Source of the DNA: Iphione sp. A-MEVVRFRX5
Lineage: Eukaryota
DNA length: 64,000 nt
Assembly (NCBI GenBank): GCA_976226885.1
Contig: OZ320315.1
Span: forward strand, 63,426,001-63,490,000
Direction of reading: 5' to 3'
Shown: one piece after another, positions 1 through 15,167 of the stretch
Layout: each line of letters starts with the position of its first letter
Numbering within the stretch: position 1 is the first letter of the stretch
Position numbers and translations under genes: made by a program
Notes under the pieces: model-generated
Database searches by the model: none
Told to the model about the DNA's origin: nothing
What the model saw: the letters and a program-made list of their open reading frames with translations, nothing else

Positions 1-986
1 GCTGTCCTCAACTGACGAGTGTCAAGAACCTTCAGATCTACATATATCCTAGTCCTTATGCATATATCTTACAACTACCCTATACCTTTCTTCAAAAAAT
101 CTACTCACCTAGTTATTGGTGGTTCTGTATCACATGAACAACCCCTACTGAAGTATACTAATGTATTTACTGTTCTCTTATATATCCTACAACCACAGGT
201 TTCCCTTCATCTATAGACATTTTCTGGCGTATAGATCTAAGCACCGGAATAAGTGTATGTTTATGGCTTACACCACTAGCTCCCACCTTTCTTTCTCTCT
301 CCAGAACATGCATTGGGTTACACTTCTAGGTATAAGTGACACTAATACACCTATATATCCTCCTCCTTATATTTCAACTTCAGCTAAAGACAGTCTTTTG
401 CTTTTGAGGTCTAAACATAGAGACATTTATCTTATCTAACCAACATGTTCTCTCTATTTCTAATTATACTACTTGTGCTTATTTATCCATCTAAATATCA
501 TATGTTCATATATTTTCTTATATTCAAGGAACATTTCCACTTGTTCTGTACATAGGAAATATTCTGACATGCACCTTTGATTATCATCTTATTGATATGC
601 GCTAATTAAATGTATCCAGGCGCCAGTTTTACTTGACTTATTGAAATTATCTGGTGCGACTTCGCATAGTTACTACTGAAAATCCGATTTCTACTCAAGT
701 TGGTACATTTTTTCAATTTCGTTTCAAATATTTTTCACATCGTCTTTTGTTCTTAGAGTCTGAGCACTGATATATGAATATTTTCCGAATTGGAAACCTC
801 AGTGCTAATTTATTTAAATGTCATTCAACCGTCATTTTTATCTCTGACCTGAACCCTGCCCGACGGTACACCTACGTCTTTTCTATTCCACCAGCACTGC
901 TAGTGCCGCATTCATCCAATTTCGTATATTTATACGGAACGTGTATTTTTCAGAAGGAAATTCATTTTACACCTGTCACGTCTTAC

Positions 987-1113
987 CTGTTTACCCTTGT
1001 TCCCCTCACCTTCTACAAAAGCATCTACCGCCGGAGGCACATACACAAACATACAGAAGGGATCGGGATGAACAATATGCCCTTTGTGGTAAAGCTTCAC
1101 ATCTTCTTTGTAT
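987..1113 (-). CDS. Candidate internal exon of an unidentified minus-strand gene (YKEDVKLYHKGHIVHPDPFCMFVYVPPAVDAFVEGEGNKGKQ)
   Basis: On the minus strand, 127 nt lie between acceptor ctttacAG and a strong donor CAG|GTAAGA, with an open frame. I do not recognise a homologue. Confidence 0.25.
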
Positions 1114-4100
1114 CTGTAAAGCTGATATTATTAATATAGTCCGGTTACCTCACACCCAAACGTGAGGTTGTACTGTACTCTCTTTGTCCTGATACGTTAC
1201 TGAGATACGTATATATAGGAAAACCTTGTCATTCTTCTGTCAAAGCCACACAAAAGGCAAAGAGCACCGGCTGGTACATTGTGAAGTATAGTCTGTCCTT
1301 CACCCCCATAAAAACGCTCTGCAGATCAGATCCCGTTAAAGGGTGGCTTTAGTGCGTAAAGACCGACGCGGATGGCATTGTTTGCCTTCAAGCAAGGACC
1401 TTTATCAAAGAGAAATCCATACAAATATTTCGCCGTAGTCTGAGGTTGGTGCACGCCTTATGTTCACCATCATCTCTACAAGAGATTTCAATGACACAGA
1501 ACACTGTTTTCCAGGTCCGTGTTTTGGGTAGTAAAATTCCGTCAATGCTAACCTGATCACTGGATACTCAAAGGACAAATTCATACAATTATTTTATACA
1601 CGATAGAAACCCTGAAATGAGACCAAGATTTGGGACGGCCCATGTATTGGCCCCGCAGGTTGTTCTATGCTGTGGGTTGGTTAAATATTGCTAGTATACG
1701 CTAAGGTCCTGAACGTCTCAAGAAAGGTTGCAAACAGTGGTCACTCTTTAACCAAGTCTCTACTGTATATATTCTTGATTGTTCGATATCGTTATGTTAC
1801 CAATTTTGACTTTTGATTCCGACAGAACAGGTAGACATAACATAAATGACTGATTCCACCAATAGATGTACCAAAATGTATTCTCTGGGACTGTGTCTTT
1901 TTGTTTTTTTTAGTAAAAATATATTTCAATTGATATTTTATATATCTTTTGCTATGGCTTGGTCTAAGGGATATGAGGAAGTTGTAATAATATTTTTAGC
2001 ACTATAAATAATTTCCTCCTGTAGTTTTCAGTAGTCCTGGAGAATACCGCTGGTACATCTATTGATATTTCTAATCAAATATGTAGTCTTGAACATTATA
2101 TCCAATTGTCTAAACCGTTGAGGCTTCAATCGGCCCAGTTGGCTTGAAAGTACTACAAGCCTTCTAATGAGATCATCCTGGGGGCCATAAATTGATACCT
2201 GGACCCAGATAGGAGAGCAGCCAATAGGGACACACAACCACTTCTGAAATGACTTGGACCTGCAGTACACCTGATGCTACCACTGAGCGAAGCCACGTAC
2301 TCCGGTAGACCACACCGGGCTTTCTATTAGCCTATTGTGCCTGACACTATCCTAACATTGGTAACACTCCTGTTTCTTTCATAGGTGAGGACCTGCCAGG
2401 AAATTGGGGTGACGGAAGGCCTTCAGGGGAAGAGAAGACCTGGGCCTCTTGGTTAAAACATATTAAGTGTCTTGCAAGTGTGGGTTTGTGGGTGGGTTGG
2501 TGGTCGGGTCGTTATGACAAATCAAAGCAGGATTGCGGAGGAAAATGCACCAGGAAACATGCTGCGGGAAATGTCCAGCGGAAATAACCAAGAAAAGGGT
2601 GGTGTGGGATGGGTGGAGGGCATGGGAGTAGGGAGAACCAGAAATGCTATCAAGGCAAGCATGGGTGGCTGGATAAGGGTCAGCTGGCGAATGGAGTGAG
2701 TAGTGACCGAGAGCAAGAGTAGATGTGGATATGACATCGTCCGGTAGAACCCAGTGGTCAAACTCGACACTTGACGGAAAACCTATCTTGAAGTGCACAT
2801 AACGAGATATATGGTTCCCCTACCACCACCGTACGCATGCGCCGGGCTAAGATGGAACTCTCTACAGAACCCAGGGGGCGGTAGAATGGTTTCTACCATT
2901 TCGGGACAGTTCCTACCGAATCTGCTTAACTAAAGCTATCAAATACGGTTTTCCTTGGTTTTCCCTTTCTCCAAGGATATGCAGAAGTCCACGAGACAGC
3001 CTTGCCGCCAAAGGGAGTGGGGTTTAGCGCGGTGCGAGTTAGAAATGTAGACTGGTAGAGGATGCGGTGGATGTATCTATATATGTATGTTTGTGTGTGT
3101 GGGGGGGCAGAGGTTTCTCAGGAAGGCAGCCTAAATCGCCACCTAACGGTGTTAGCTATAGTGAGAAGGACGGCTGGGCGGACAGGGCTCTTGATCAGAA
3201 TTGCAAATGGCAGGACATTTAGACCAAGCCCCGCTGAAAACGGGACGGACTGGATCCGTATAAATTGGACTTAGATCCAGGTTGCTGTCCTACTCCGTCC
3301 ACGCAATTGCCTAGTTGACAGGCAACTATCACTGGGTGTAACACCTCGCGCATTCTTATGCCGCTCGTGCCCCAGGTCCTCCTGACAGAGGGAGAACCGG
3401 GCGCCTCTGTGAAAGTATGGAAAAGGGTATCCAAGCATAGAGTTACTAGCTGGTCGGTCCCCCTTAAGTAAAAGCCAGTATATTCTAACTCGGTCGCCAG
3501 CCGCTGCTGTCGTACCGTCCCGTTGTTGATTCGCCTGATTCAAGGGGTTATAATACAAATGGGCAGGCCTAGATCGGCCCACTGTAAACTCATGGTAGTC
3601 TTTGCTTTATGGAGTCATTTCCTCCTGCATAAGCCTCCCCTACTCCACTGGACTTGGCTGGTCCAGTGCTTCCTGACAGTTACCGGGATTCATACATTGG
3701 TCAGTTGCGCAAGGCCTCGTAAGGAGCGCTGCTGCCTCTTGGTGGCGCTGGGATGATAACCACAGCGCCCTCTAGTGGAATCTAACCTGCAAAACGCTGG
3801 CAGGCAACGCCTCCGTCTGGGCGGGCGTCGCACCAACTGGCGATATAGCGGCAGCCTTTGCAAACTCATTGAATGTGTTGTTCTCGCTCCTTCAACAACG
3901 CGGCTCTGCCTATACGTCCCAACACAACCTAATACCATCGTAGCTGCCTCCTTCCTCCTTCTCCTCCAAGCACGTGGTCTATAGCCGAACCATCTACCAC
4001 CGCCACCTCCTCCTGCTTTACTCTACAAGGCGTGATGCCATTGTAGGCATTGTGTAAGTGGAGGATATCGGCCATTTGGTCGCACAATAGACCTGCTTCA

Positions 4101-4699
4101 TTTAATCATGCGGAGAATACCACCATGAACCGGGATGCCGGCCAGCCCATTCCCTTTAAACTCTACTCCATCCATGCTCTCTCCATTCACTGGATGCCTT
4201 CATAATGGCATGGGTAGCCCGTCGTCGTCTTTCTTCGGCGCAGTATCCCTTCAGTTGTACTCCTTTTCTGTGTGTTCTCTCGTGTTCCTTTCATTTCCCC
4301 CACCGCCCTGCCTTCCTCCACCACAATCTCATTTTGGGTACTTCTCATTAAAAGCTGCTTTTGATCGGAGTAGATTTTGCTTCCAATTAACCTCCTTCTA
4401 TTCTGTACGATTGGTAAAGATATTTAAGACATTTCCACTGTTTTAACCGCGAACCGCAGTCTGTTTCGAGGGTATATTTTATCGTTAAGTACAAGCAGGT
4501 CACATAAGGGAAACCAAGAACAGGTTTTAAAAAATATCCAACACACAGCAAGTGCATTTTTAAAGCGACCTGAATTCCCATGATAGAATCAATAGGTTAC
4601 ACACACGCTAAAGGCCTGCAAATGAGGTGGTACCACGTATCCCATTGCCAAGTCCCGTCTGAGGTGAGCTTAGCAGCTCCGTTCTTATACACTTTTCTC

Positions 4700-5330
4700 T
4701 TTCGTTTTACTCTCTCCTCTTCTCTCTCATTCTTTCTCTCCCACCTATCAGGGCCGCCCATATATTACAAGGAAAAGAGATAAAGTTTAGTTACAAATGT
4801 CCCTCAAGTCTTTCATCTTTGACCATTCCTCTTATCTTTCTTTTATTTCTCCCTCTTTCGTCTGTCTCTGTCTCCTTGTCTTCCTCCCTCCTTCTCTTTG
4901 CTATCTCTATCTGCGTCCTCTACATCGCTCCTCTCTCTCCCTCCTGCTCCGCTCTATCATCCATCATCTTCTCTATCCTCTCTCCATTCTTCAGCTCTTT
5001 CTGTCCCTTTCCACAGTCTCTCTCTCCATCGCACCTTATCAGCTCCCGTCCCTCTTCAGATCTCTTCCCCATTCCATTGCATCTCTTTTTCTCCCTCTTG
5101 TCCCTCTCTTCCTTCGTCCCTCCTTCGCCCCTCTCTCATCTCCTCCCTGTCCCTTTATATCTCACTGCCCCCATTCCACTTACTTCTCTCTCCCATTCCC
5201 CCTCTCCCTCCCACTCCTGTTTCCTTACCTCTCCATCTCTCTCTCTCCCTCTCCCTCTCGTCATTGCTCCATCCCCCTTTCTCTTTCTGTCCCACACTCT
5301 AGCATTAGCCCCGTATCTGTTACAGGCTGA
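4700..5330. repeat. Degenerate CT-rich (polypyrimidine) low-complexity tract
   Basis: The + strand is almost entirely C/T; the overlapping S/L/P-rich ORFs are a compositional artefact. Confidence 0.85.
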
Positions 5331-8300
5331 CAACCCCTTACCGCCTGAAGAAGCCCTGAGGCCTGAACAGACCCCATCCCTTACTGAAGCCACCACAGTC
5401 AACTTGGACAGTGAGCCGGGGCGATTACAATGCCATTACTGTCTGGTCCGGCGAACGGTTAAGGCATGTTCATCTGTGCTTCCACACCCATTAGCCGCAT
5501 GTGGGACTGGGATTAGAGGGTAATAGTAATTGAAATGTTGTGTCGCCTATATCGGCCGGCCCACCCAACTGAGCGGCCACTCTCCGCTCTTATAGCGGTA
5601 ATACTGCCGAACATTTTAGCAGGCCCCGCAGCGACCCCTGTAGTCGGCCCAGGAAACTAGAGGCATAGGGGAGTTCCCGTCTCCCGAAGAAGCCAAAGAG
5701 GGTTTCCCTTCCATCCTGCAGACCATCAATACGTTTTAGTCAGGGTGCATCAGTAAAACATGCATGCTAATGCGTTCTAAAAGGAAACCATAAGCTTAGA
5801 AATGTAGCTATAGTTTCGGGGTTGTGGTCTTAATCGTAATCAGTGAAATGTTATTGGCCTACGTATTGATTCAAATAATGTTGTAGGTTTTTCAAATACT
5901 ATCGTCATTATCAGAATCATTATAACATTTGGAGGCCACAGAGAAAATGGGACCATCTGTCTGTAAATACAGCTAATATTACGTTGGTATCCTTTGCGTT
6001 ATATACTATTTCTGCACAGAATGATGGTGCTCTTAGACAAGCTCAACGCAGGATCTTGAAGTCATTGGCAATAAAGCAATGAATGTCGACGGATGTGCCA
6101 ATGGCCCGTATATCTTAGTCCACGTTAAAAAAATCGAAAACAAAAAGAGGGGAAAACCAGACTTCTATCATTCATCGGTAAACAGGATTGGAGTCATCTT
6201 TCTACCTGAAGGAGCTCCTGAGTACCTCCCGGGCAGTTAATAACCCCCGTTCGCGAAAGGTTATTAATGACTGGGAAGTACATCCTGTAGGGACGGATAC
6301 AAGTAGATAACGAATGGCTTCCCTACAACAAACCGGCCAGCGTAATGGCTTGCTTCCACCGTCACATAAAAGCCGCACCGTGCCCGCTGCGATATACTAG
6401 TCAGAGCACACTCCACAAGTAAACACCCCTGCCCACCAGGGAGCGTCCCTGGTCTGTTCTCGCTTTAGCTATAGCAATCCGCTTTTGTTTTTCGCGGCAG
6501 CTTCCCTTGTGTTTTGTTCGTATGAAACCCGATAGAGCTTCTGACAAGGCCATAGGTATTGCATGTACCTGAACCGTATCAAAAGGAGCAGAAGCAGCAT
6601 TTGATCATACTTCGCCCTTTTGCAACTTGACCAAAGCCACTGCCACATGCGGAAATTACATCCGCAGGTGTTGCGCGGCTCGTCCTGACGATGGCGCTGT
6701 CATCGATGTTTATAGAGCCTCGTTGTGCGTGCGTGCGGGCACGGGTGGGGTGGGGGTGTTTCACCACCAGGCTTTGTGAGGGATTGGACACAGAATTCAT
6801 ACGAACATATTATCTAAACATACACACGTATGGATCTGCGTACGTACATATCAAAGCAGACATACATAGAGGGAGAAGGTATCCAGTAAGAAATAAAAAA
6901 AGGAAAAGATAATCTTTATCATTTGAAAGAAATAGAGAGACCACCATCACCGATAAAGAGGCCACGTTTTAAAGAGAAAGAACGATTTAGACAAAGAGGA
7001 AGAGATGGGAGGAGAGGAAGAGAAGAGGAACTGTATTTCAGAGGCTAATGCCAAAAGCTATATCAGACCAAGTGCTTCGTAGTTATAGATACTCGGGTAC
7101 TAATATAACCTAGTCTATATGTACGCGTAGATTACGTTTAGAGAGATTATGGGTGTTTCATCTCAGACAACACCAGAATGATCCACAAGGTTCTAGGCCA
7201 GCCTTTCGGGTCTTTTTTTCGTCTCGAGCGCTAAGAGCTTAGAATGGTTTCTATCTGTATATAAGTTCTGGTGGTATTGGCAGCTATTGAGGCAGGGAGA
7301 GAATGGGGAGGTAGTTGAGAGGTGCAGGACTGTAGTGTGGAGGAGAAATGAAATGTACATGGAGGGGGGGGGGGGCTAGTGCAGGGAGCTACTGATGGCT
7401 TGGTTTAAGTATTTCACCCAGCCGACGTGTCCCAGCAACGCCTGCCCGACTGGAATGGATGGGAGGGGGTTAGTCGGTAGTTGGTGGTAGTGGGAGGCTA
7501 GGTGGGTCCCATAGTGGGTTGCAGACCACTGGACTTGGAGCGCAGGAAAAGATCGATGTAAACAGTGAATTGCCACCACTCTAACTTCTCCACCACCTCG
7601 ATCCTTCTGCCTATCTGCTAGTAGCCAATCCCCCCTCCCACCAGAGGGCACTAGCTAGCCAGTGGCGGCTCAACTCAATACAGAACTGCCAACTCGTGTA
7701 CAAGACGCCCCTGCAGTCTTCTCATACTATATTCTTACACTCCTGCTAAGTCGCTCACGTGACAATGCGCCGCAAATGCTATATGCACATACATTCTAGA
7801 TTCATTGGCAGTAGATAGAAACGCTGTCACTTCGTATGAGGAGCAGACGATTGAAGGAAATTGCTCGTGGATGGCCGCATATGTGTGTTGAGTCAATGTG
7901 AGCAGATATGCGGGAGCGCTTCAGTCTATCAAAACCTCATCCCGGCGCAGGGGCCCGGGCCCTGGACATACCATTAGCATCCCGCCGCCTTGAGTGGCGC
8001 GGGGTGCAGAGGTTACGAGCGCCTCTACCTCTTTGTAATTATATGGGTTGTTCCCATGGGGAAACCACTCTACAACGGGGAGTTACTTGGGGTCAAGGAA
8101 AGACAGCAGGCAATGCAGGGGTTAGCAACTCCACGGAGCTACTCATCTCCCATGTAGGCTTGTAAACATTTAAAGATCCATCGCTCTCTTGTTGTGTGTG
8201 GAACGCTAGGCGAAAGTCGTGGCGCTGGCTGCCCCTTATCTGATAAGATAGTAAATAACTCGCCGGGAACGTAGGAAGCGAGGAGATAAGAGGCAAGCTG

Positions 8301-10049
8301 ACGTGTGAGATAATAACAAAGTATAGATATATATGGGACAGGAGAAGCCACGTACGATAGTACAATGTGAGTGAGAAGGAGATAAGAGCGTGTGTGTTTT
8401 ACAGATGCAAAGTGGCCGAGAAAATGGGACCGAGAGAAAAGAGGTTTTGAGCTACAAAAATACAGAAGAAAAATAAAGGAAATATGGGTACGATATGTAT
8501 TGCATAATAAAAAGAGAAGAATGACAAGAAAGAGCATACTGATACAGAACTGAGGAGACGAAGAAGGGCGATGAAGGAAAATTATGATGAAGTTTACTAA
8601 TGTGGCTTATGGGGTCCACTGTGTTCGTCTCTATCACGATGGCGTTTATTGGCTACATCCTCGACAAAAGGCAATGTGTAAAGTTGAATATGAACACGTT
8701 CACAAGAGTAAACATGTATGCATGTTATAAAACTCCTGGCTTGACGTTTTGGGAAGTTATGAACGTTTTAATGCGCAGCAAAAGCTAGATTCTAAGTGTT
8801 AGGCGGTCAGACAGCACCACTCCTAAAACGCAGCGAGAACTCTTCAACAGAAAACACAGCCTTACATGATGTCGGATAGAAAGCGATGGGGGTAGGTCGT
8901 AAATTGGTTGTCGCCTCATTGAGAGGGGGATGAGTATAAGGAACATAAAAGCAATGCATAATACATGGATGTAATACACGCCACAATACTCAGTCAGGTA
9001 TTGGGCCATTGCAGGCATGAAGCCATGAAATGGGTTAAGAGGCAGCAGCTAGGAGCAGTATATAGGCTTCTCACTCAACATAACATTGACCAGACTGTTT
9101 CAAGAGGTACTTGCTCCTGCTCTTTCTAAATAGACGGACGCATATTTTTTTATCTTATTTGCAACGATGTTTCACAATAGTCTTTTTTTCAGCAGAAGTA
9201 GTTTTTCGGATTGACTGTAGAAAGTATACATATACTGCAGTAAAACACTGGGACTGCTACTTTGGGAATACGACCCGGCTGAATTCTATATTAAGGACAT
9301 ATCGTAATAATAATTATCTTTTGAAGGGTGAATTGTTCTTAGAAAGGAAATATATGCAACTTTGAAATGATGTCTATCATTTATGCCTGGGGTTCAATAC
9401 TGGCTGGTATCCTGCGTCAATTACATGGACTACGTAAACAGTACTTCATTTTTGGTATGATACATTTTGGTCCCCTTCATTTTCAGTAGTTAACATTTGG
9501 TCTCCTTTAGGAGCAGTGGGATGGTGTGCCTTCCTTCCAGCAATAACGGACCATACCAGAAACGACAAACATAAAGACTGGAATATCGCCTGCGCCCTCC
9601 CATAAGGAGGTTAGGCCAGCAAATTCTATAAACAACCATATCATCACCTAACCTGACGGCAGTCACTCCAGTAGATAACACTCTAGCCTCCTTACAGTTC
9701 TTTAGTCACATCTTCTTCGCAATTCATTGTCCATCAGCTCCCATACCATGAGTACTGATCCTCTCCCAAGTGCATAGTGACCATCTCAGGAAGAAAATGA
9801 TACCGTTATGGTTTAACTGACCGAGTGTCCCTTGCCATTGGCAGCGACAATGGTCATCTGGTCATTCTATACTATAACTGCTTGTTCTCAGAATGTCTAG
9901 GAGACTATAAAAACCCACACCCCTGCTACAATTGTAGATTTAGTGTCCACTTCGGGCCTCGTCGTTTCTCGCCAAGAGATCATGCAGCAAGGGAAGCAGG
10001 TATTGTTGAGGCTTCTCCTCCGAATTGATGTTCAGACATCGAGTCTAAC

Positions 10050-10074
10050 TATATATATATATATATATATATAT
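10050..10074. repeat. (TA)n microsatellite, about 12 units
   Basis: Read directly from the sequence. Confidence 0.95.
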
Positions 10075-13000
10075 GGATACAAGTATCGGAAGTTTTTCGT
10101 AAAACAAGCCGTCAGAATTGTATCGAATCAGGGCTCAAACATATTAACAATTCTCATTAAAATACAACTCCAGAAAATCCATCTGTTCCGAGAAGGACTA
10201 AACTTAAAATTATGCACTAAGTAGCATTGCAGCTAGTCTCCCCTAGCCACCTCCGCTGATTTTCACACTAGCCTTTCCTGTCCGGGCAGTCAGTAGAGGC
10301 AGATGGCAACTGCTCTTCACATTTTAGGTAATCAAGGAGCAGTTCGGAGACAACACAGGGCCCGGGCCCCAGGCCTCATCCTCACGGCTGTGAGCTGCTC
10401 GCCAGCTTGGTGTAATTCACAGGCCCACCCTCCACCTCGCCCCAGGGCCGCCTGGGCCGCCGCAGCTACATGTGTCTGCGAAATCCCGCGCTCATTAGCT
10501 TCGTTTTCGGAGACCCCGAACCGGCTACAATTAGTGGAAGAGCAACTGTATTTACTCGTCAGATCTTTATAATTTGTAGTCGGCGGCGGTGGCGGCGGCG
10601 AGCGGCGAGAAGGCGACGCATTCAGCAACGTCGAAAGACGGCGCGCGCGGTCGTACTGGAGGGGAAAGTGGCGTGTGCGGATAAGGGCAGGAACGGGGTG
10701 TAAAAGGAGCATCTCTGTCGGGGGTGTTCGCCTACTCATTTATTAGGGTTTGGGGTGTGTTCGCCCACTCATTTCTTGTCATCCATTGAGGTAACGAGCA
10801 GGTGCTGATAACTCCTATTCACCAGCAACAAGGTCTTACAGTTGATCTGAAAGATGTAAGCCTATTACGATCCAGCCCTAAAATTAAAAGTTGGGGGAAT
10901 GACCTTTTTTTGGGGGGGGGGGACTGGAAGGGAGGAATGTGACAATAGGTTAAGCAAATTCAGTTTTCTCATTTGCATAGTTGATGTTTCCTATTAGATG
11001 GAAGCGTTGGCCTGGGAAATAACCTAGGAGAAACCCTACAAAATCAGCATGTGGGGAAAAACACAATCAGGAGGTGACAGAGTGATTTCATAGTGTAGGG
11101 TCCGTTGCAGAACTGCTGCTACTACTACCAGCCTGGGTGAAATGACTCCCCTCCCCCGTTGCTAATAGGAATATTCAATTATTATGTTGGGCGCCGTGTG
11201 CATGCCTGGAAACGGCATGCGCTCGCAATGTCTGTTTGGAATCGTCGGCGAACAAATAGAGTTGGAAGCGGAGATTATTTGGGAGCGATGTCAGCTGACA
11301 TGTGCCAGGGATAGTTTTGTTGCTATTTGGGCGGCAGGGGATGATGGTGACGGCGACGGTAGAGACAATAGTGGATGGGGGAGGAGGAAACGTGAGTCAG
11401 ACTTTCCAAAAAAGAGAAAAATAGAGATAGTGAGAGGGAGAGTAAAGTACTTGCCTTAAAACAAATCATGAAGTAGACACAATAATAATGATACAGAAAT
11501 TGAAAGGGGCCCATAATAGCAGAGAGTGGATGAGAGGAAGACAGAAAGGACGGGCAAGCAAGCGAACAACCTAGATGTAGAGAGAGGCATATGGACTGTC
11601 AGGAAGATGACTGTATACATGTATGTACTTCCAGCTACAATGCAAGGGCTCATGGAGGAATTAGTCAAATAGGTTGTATACCTTCTTAAGTACATGTATA
11701 CACAGACACAGGCTTGTATATATATATACAATATATAGACATAGGTTACAGACTGGAGGATACCATGACAAACAGTAATGGCCGATTCTTCATTGCAATT
11801 TTGTCTACCTCAGGTGTGCGATAAGGTGCCCATCTTGGTATATGGTTTGCACATTGTGGTAGCTGATAACAAGAAGTTAAGGATCAGCCTCAGGTGTTCC
11901 TTTTTGTAGATTCTTCATTGCAGATAAGATAAGGCGGGTTTGTGCTTGGCCAAGCCACCTTTCAGGCTGGCTTATCCCAGGCTTAGGTAATTTCAATTTT
12001 AATTTCTTTTATTTACTTCTCAATACAAGGATGAGGTTCTCAAGTTAATAGGTAGATAGGGAAAAAATACAATGAAAAAGTAGATATCTTAGCATTTACT
12101 AATAAAATGATTGTAGATATGAGTTATACTAGGAACACTAGTCAAATATGACTCAAACCCATCACATACACATATATACAAGTAGAGGATCGTGGTAGAG
12201 GGCAAGAGAGGAGGAGGGTCATACATAGTGCTGCTTTGAGGTTAACACAAGATTTATACCATATTCACACTATATTTACACTTCACATTGTGAACAATGC
12301 TGCAGGCCTTTGCCCAGGGGTTACACCTTTGTAAGTGTAAAAAAAAACTGAAAAACATGTTAAAATACATTAGAATGTAACACAATACAACAGTATGTCA
12401 AAGGGAGTGCCAGATCACTAAAAAAACACCTCAAACATCATTATTGGAATATAATGCCAACATTTTGGAGAGGATTTTGTGGCCCGGGATAAGTAAATTA
12501 CATAAAAAAATCAATTAAATATTGTCTCTATCATCCCTTTCCTAACTGTACATCAACTCTATCTTAACCTTTCCTAGTCTTCCCACCACAGAGTTAAGGT
12601 TTGTAACAAAAAATGCGCTCCAAGGTGGCCACAGGTGTTAATCTCGACTAACCAGAGATAAGGTCAGGATAATGAAAAATCAGCCATAAGATATCTAAGC
12701 GCCTAAGGAGTGAAGGAATGCAAACCTAAGTTGTGAAGACTCATGATAGAGTGTGACAACCACCAAACGTGAGCAGTGTTAAATAACTGACAGCTGTTAC
12801 AAAGTCCACATGTCCAGAGCAACTGACTCCAGGCAGAAGGTACCTTAGTCAGACGTGTCACAGAAACGAAGGGAAATAATCCAACCAGAGATTATATCAC
12901 AAGGGAAATATAGTGAGTGCAGGCTAACACTTTACAGACAGCATATAACATCTTTTGGTGTATAAATATAGGAAAATGGCAAGCACTGCAGCCGTCGACA

Positions 13001-15145
13001 ACCATTTTCGTGAGCCTTTGGTGTTAAAGTTACAAATGACCCGCAAAACCGCGGCGGCAATGATCCTGGTGCATGATTTGGCTTCACAGAAACAGCGATA
13101 CAGCGGGCTTTTTATAACCTTTTACAAGATACCTTCGTTATCAAACCAGTCGTGGCTGCTAGTCATAAGCTCACAAATAGTAAAGAAAACTGCGCACATA
13201 TACCCGAATGTTGAACGAAAACTTTAAAACATGGGTTGATAATGTCCTGCGTAAAACCTTCTATGATTTTTCCCAATACAGTCAGCTCAAAGTCATCTCC
13301 TTTGTTGCTTATTTCATAAATTGATACAAATACAATATTCTGATTCAGCATCTTGTCACTTGTAGCCGACTATAGTACGACGCATTTAATAAGCAGGAAA
13401 CGTACATTCACATTTACACACACATATATATGTGCATGCCTGTGAAAATTAATACTTCTATCTTTTATGTTCTTGCCAATGTAACCTGTGTTGTATGGCT
13501 GCTTAAGCTTCTATTTCAAAATGTGAAGCAATCAATTAGGCTCTGTTTTGAGAAAAACAATCATCGTCTTCCGTCTCTGTGTACAAAGTGTCATTGCACA
13601 ATACAGAGATCGATTTGTATTGGATTACTGCTCAAACAGATGGATGGTAACGTAGCCCTAAGTGTTCTCTGGCTTCACATGCAGTGAGCACATTATATAT
13701 ACAATATATTCACACATACCGTGTATTCGGGAGAATAGGGGGGGGGGAGGAAGGGGGAGGGAGGATGGTTTCTAATTATAGAGAGAGCTAGCCAAGAAAG
13801 GCAGTCTATAGTATCAAATTAAGGAAGGCCTTCCTGTAGCCTTCTAGTTACCTACAGCATTCATGGCAGAGTGCCGCATATAGATATTCCTCTAAATATT
13901 GCATCAGTGAAAGTTGTCTCATCCATACAAAGCTCCCATAATGTGAACCTTTATCCTCCCTGCGCTGCGCGCCCCGCGTCCAGCCCCTCACTTCAACCTC
14001 CACTTGCTTGCCTATGTCTAGCCTGGGACTTCCAGGCCTGGATTGTGTTTCATTTAAATTAAAATGTGGTGCTCTTTCAGTAATATCATGAACCGCGTGA
14101 TTAGGAGTAGATGGTGATAGGGATAACAGGGGGAACAGCAGGAGGGAAGGAAAGAAGAGGAAGGAGGCAGGAAGTATGGGTGGGTGTGGGTTGGTTAGGA
14201 TCGGTGGATGTGTGGTTTAATATTTCACGTCAAGGGGCTTTTATGGATGGCTGTCGTTCATGTGATTGGATAACGCATCACGTGAGAAAGTAAAAAAATG
14301 ACTTCTGTTAACGAGCGGGACATTGTGTGGCACCTGGTGTGCTATGGAGAGAAAGTGGAGTGCATGTGTGTGTTGGTGATTTAATGACTCCGATGGGTAT
14401 AACAGTAGGGGGGTGGCTGTTGTAAGCAAGAACAGCAGGGAGAATAGTAAGAGGAGGCAGAGATGGGGTTGGCACATCCAGGCCACGCTAAGACGTAATT
14501 AATGTTGCACCATGGTCCCAGCGTCTTATCTTCTGGTGCACCACGACCACCTACCTAGCAGCCCGCCTCCTCCAGCCCCAGCACCCGCCGCCAGAGCACC
14601 TAGCTGTTCCTCTACTAACAACCACATCCACCACCACCATCACCACCACACTCTCCTTTCATCTCGGAGGCTGGTCTCCCCAGATCGGACCAGAACGCAC
14701 AGACTCTACCAAGCAAGACCCACAAGGGATTTAATAAATGGAAAATTAAAAACCGTGATGAGCTGTACAATATATATTTATATATACGAAGCTTAGACGT
14801 GTCAGACTTTTTTCACTTGTGCACTTATTTCGTTGAATTAATTGGATATTGAGCATTATTCATCAGTCATACCTGTCTGTCATCAGTCGGATAGTTTGGC
14901 CTGTCTTGGGGATTACAATTGGTTAGATTTCAATGGTAAAAAAAACTAGCGCTGTTAACCTTTACAGCTGCGAATAAAAGTGAAAATGGAAACTTCAACT
15001 TAGATCGATGAAGCCGATTATTCCGAAGGGAGACATAGGATTTTCATTGGTAAAAAGAAAACAAAGGAAGACGGGCGGCAGAACGAGCGTAGAATCCCAT
15101 AAATCAATGGGGGGAAACACGAGGAGAAAAAACAGCCCCCCTTAC

Positions 15146-15167
15146 CGTCCCCCTCAGCCTCCGCCAT
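15146..15167 (-). CDS. Putative first coding exon (MAEAEGD+G, phase 1) of an unidentified minus-strand gene
   Basis: The minus strand reads aaaATGGCGGAGGCTGAGGGGGACG|GTAAGG: a strong start context followed directly by a consensus splice donor, next to promoter motifs. Confidence 0.55.

Noticed and set aside
3271-3582. GDRVRI motif suggesting a Polinton/Ginger integrase tail
   Set aside because: The surrounding residues do not follow the expected KGY..NW pattern and no integrase core is nearby.
4797-5523. Long S/L/P-rich ORFs (177, 234 and 134 aa)
   Set aside because: Produced by the CT-rich low-complexity tract.
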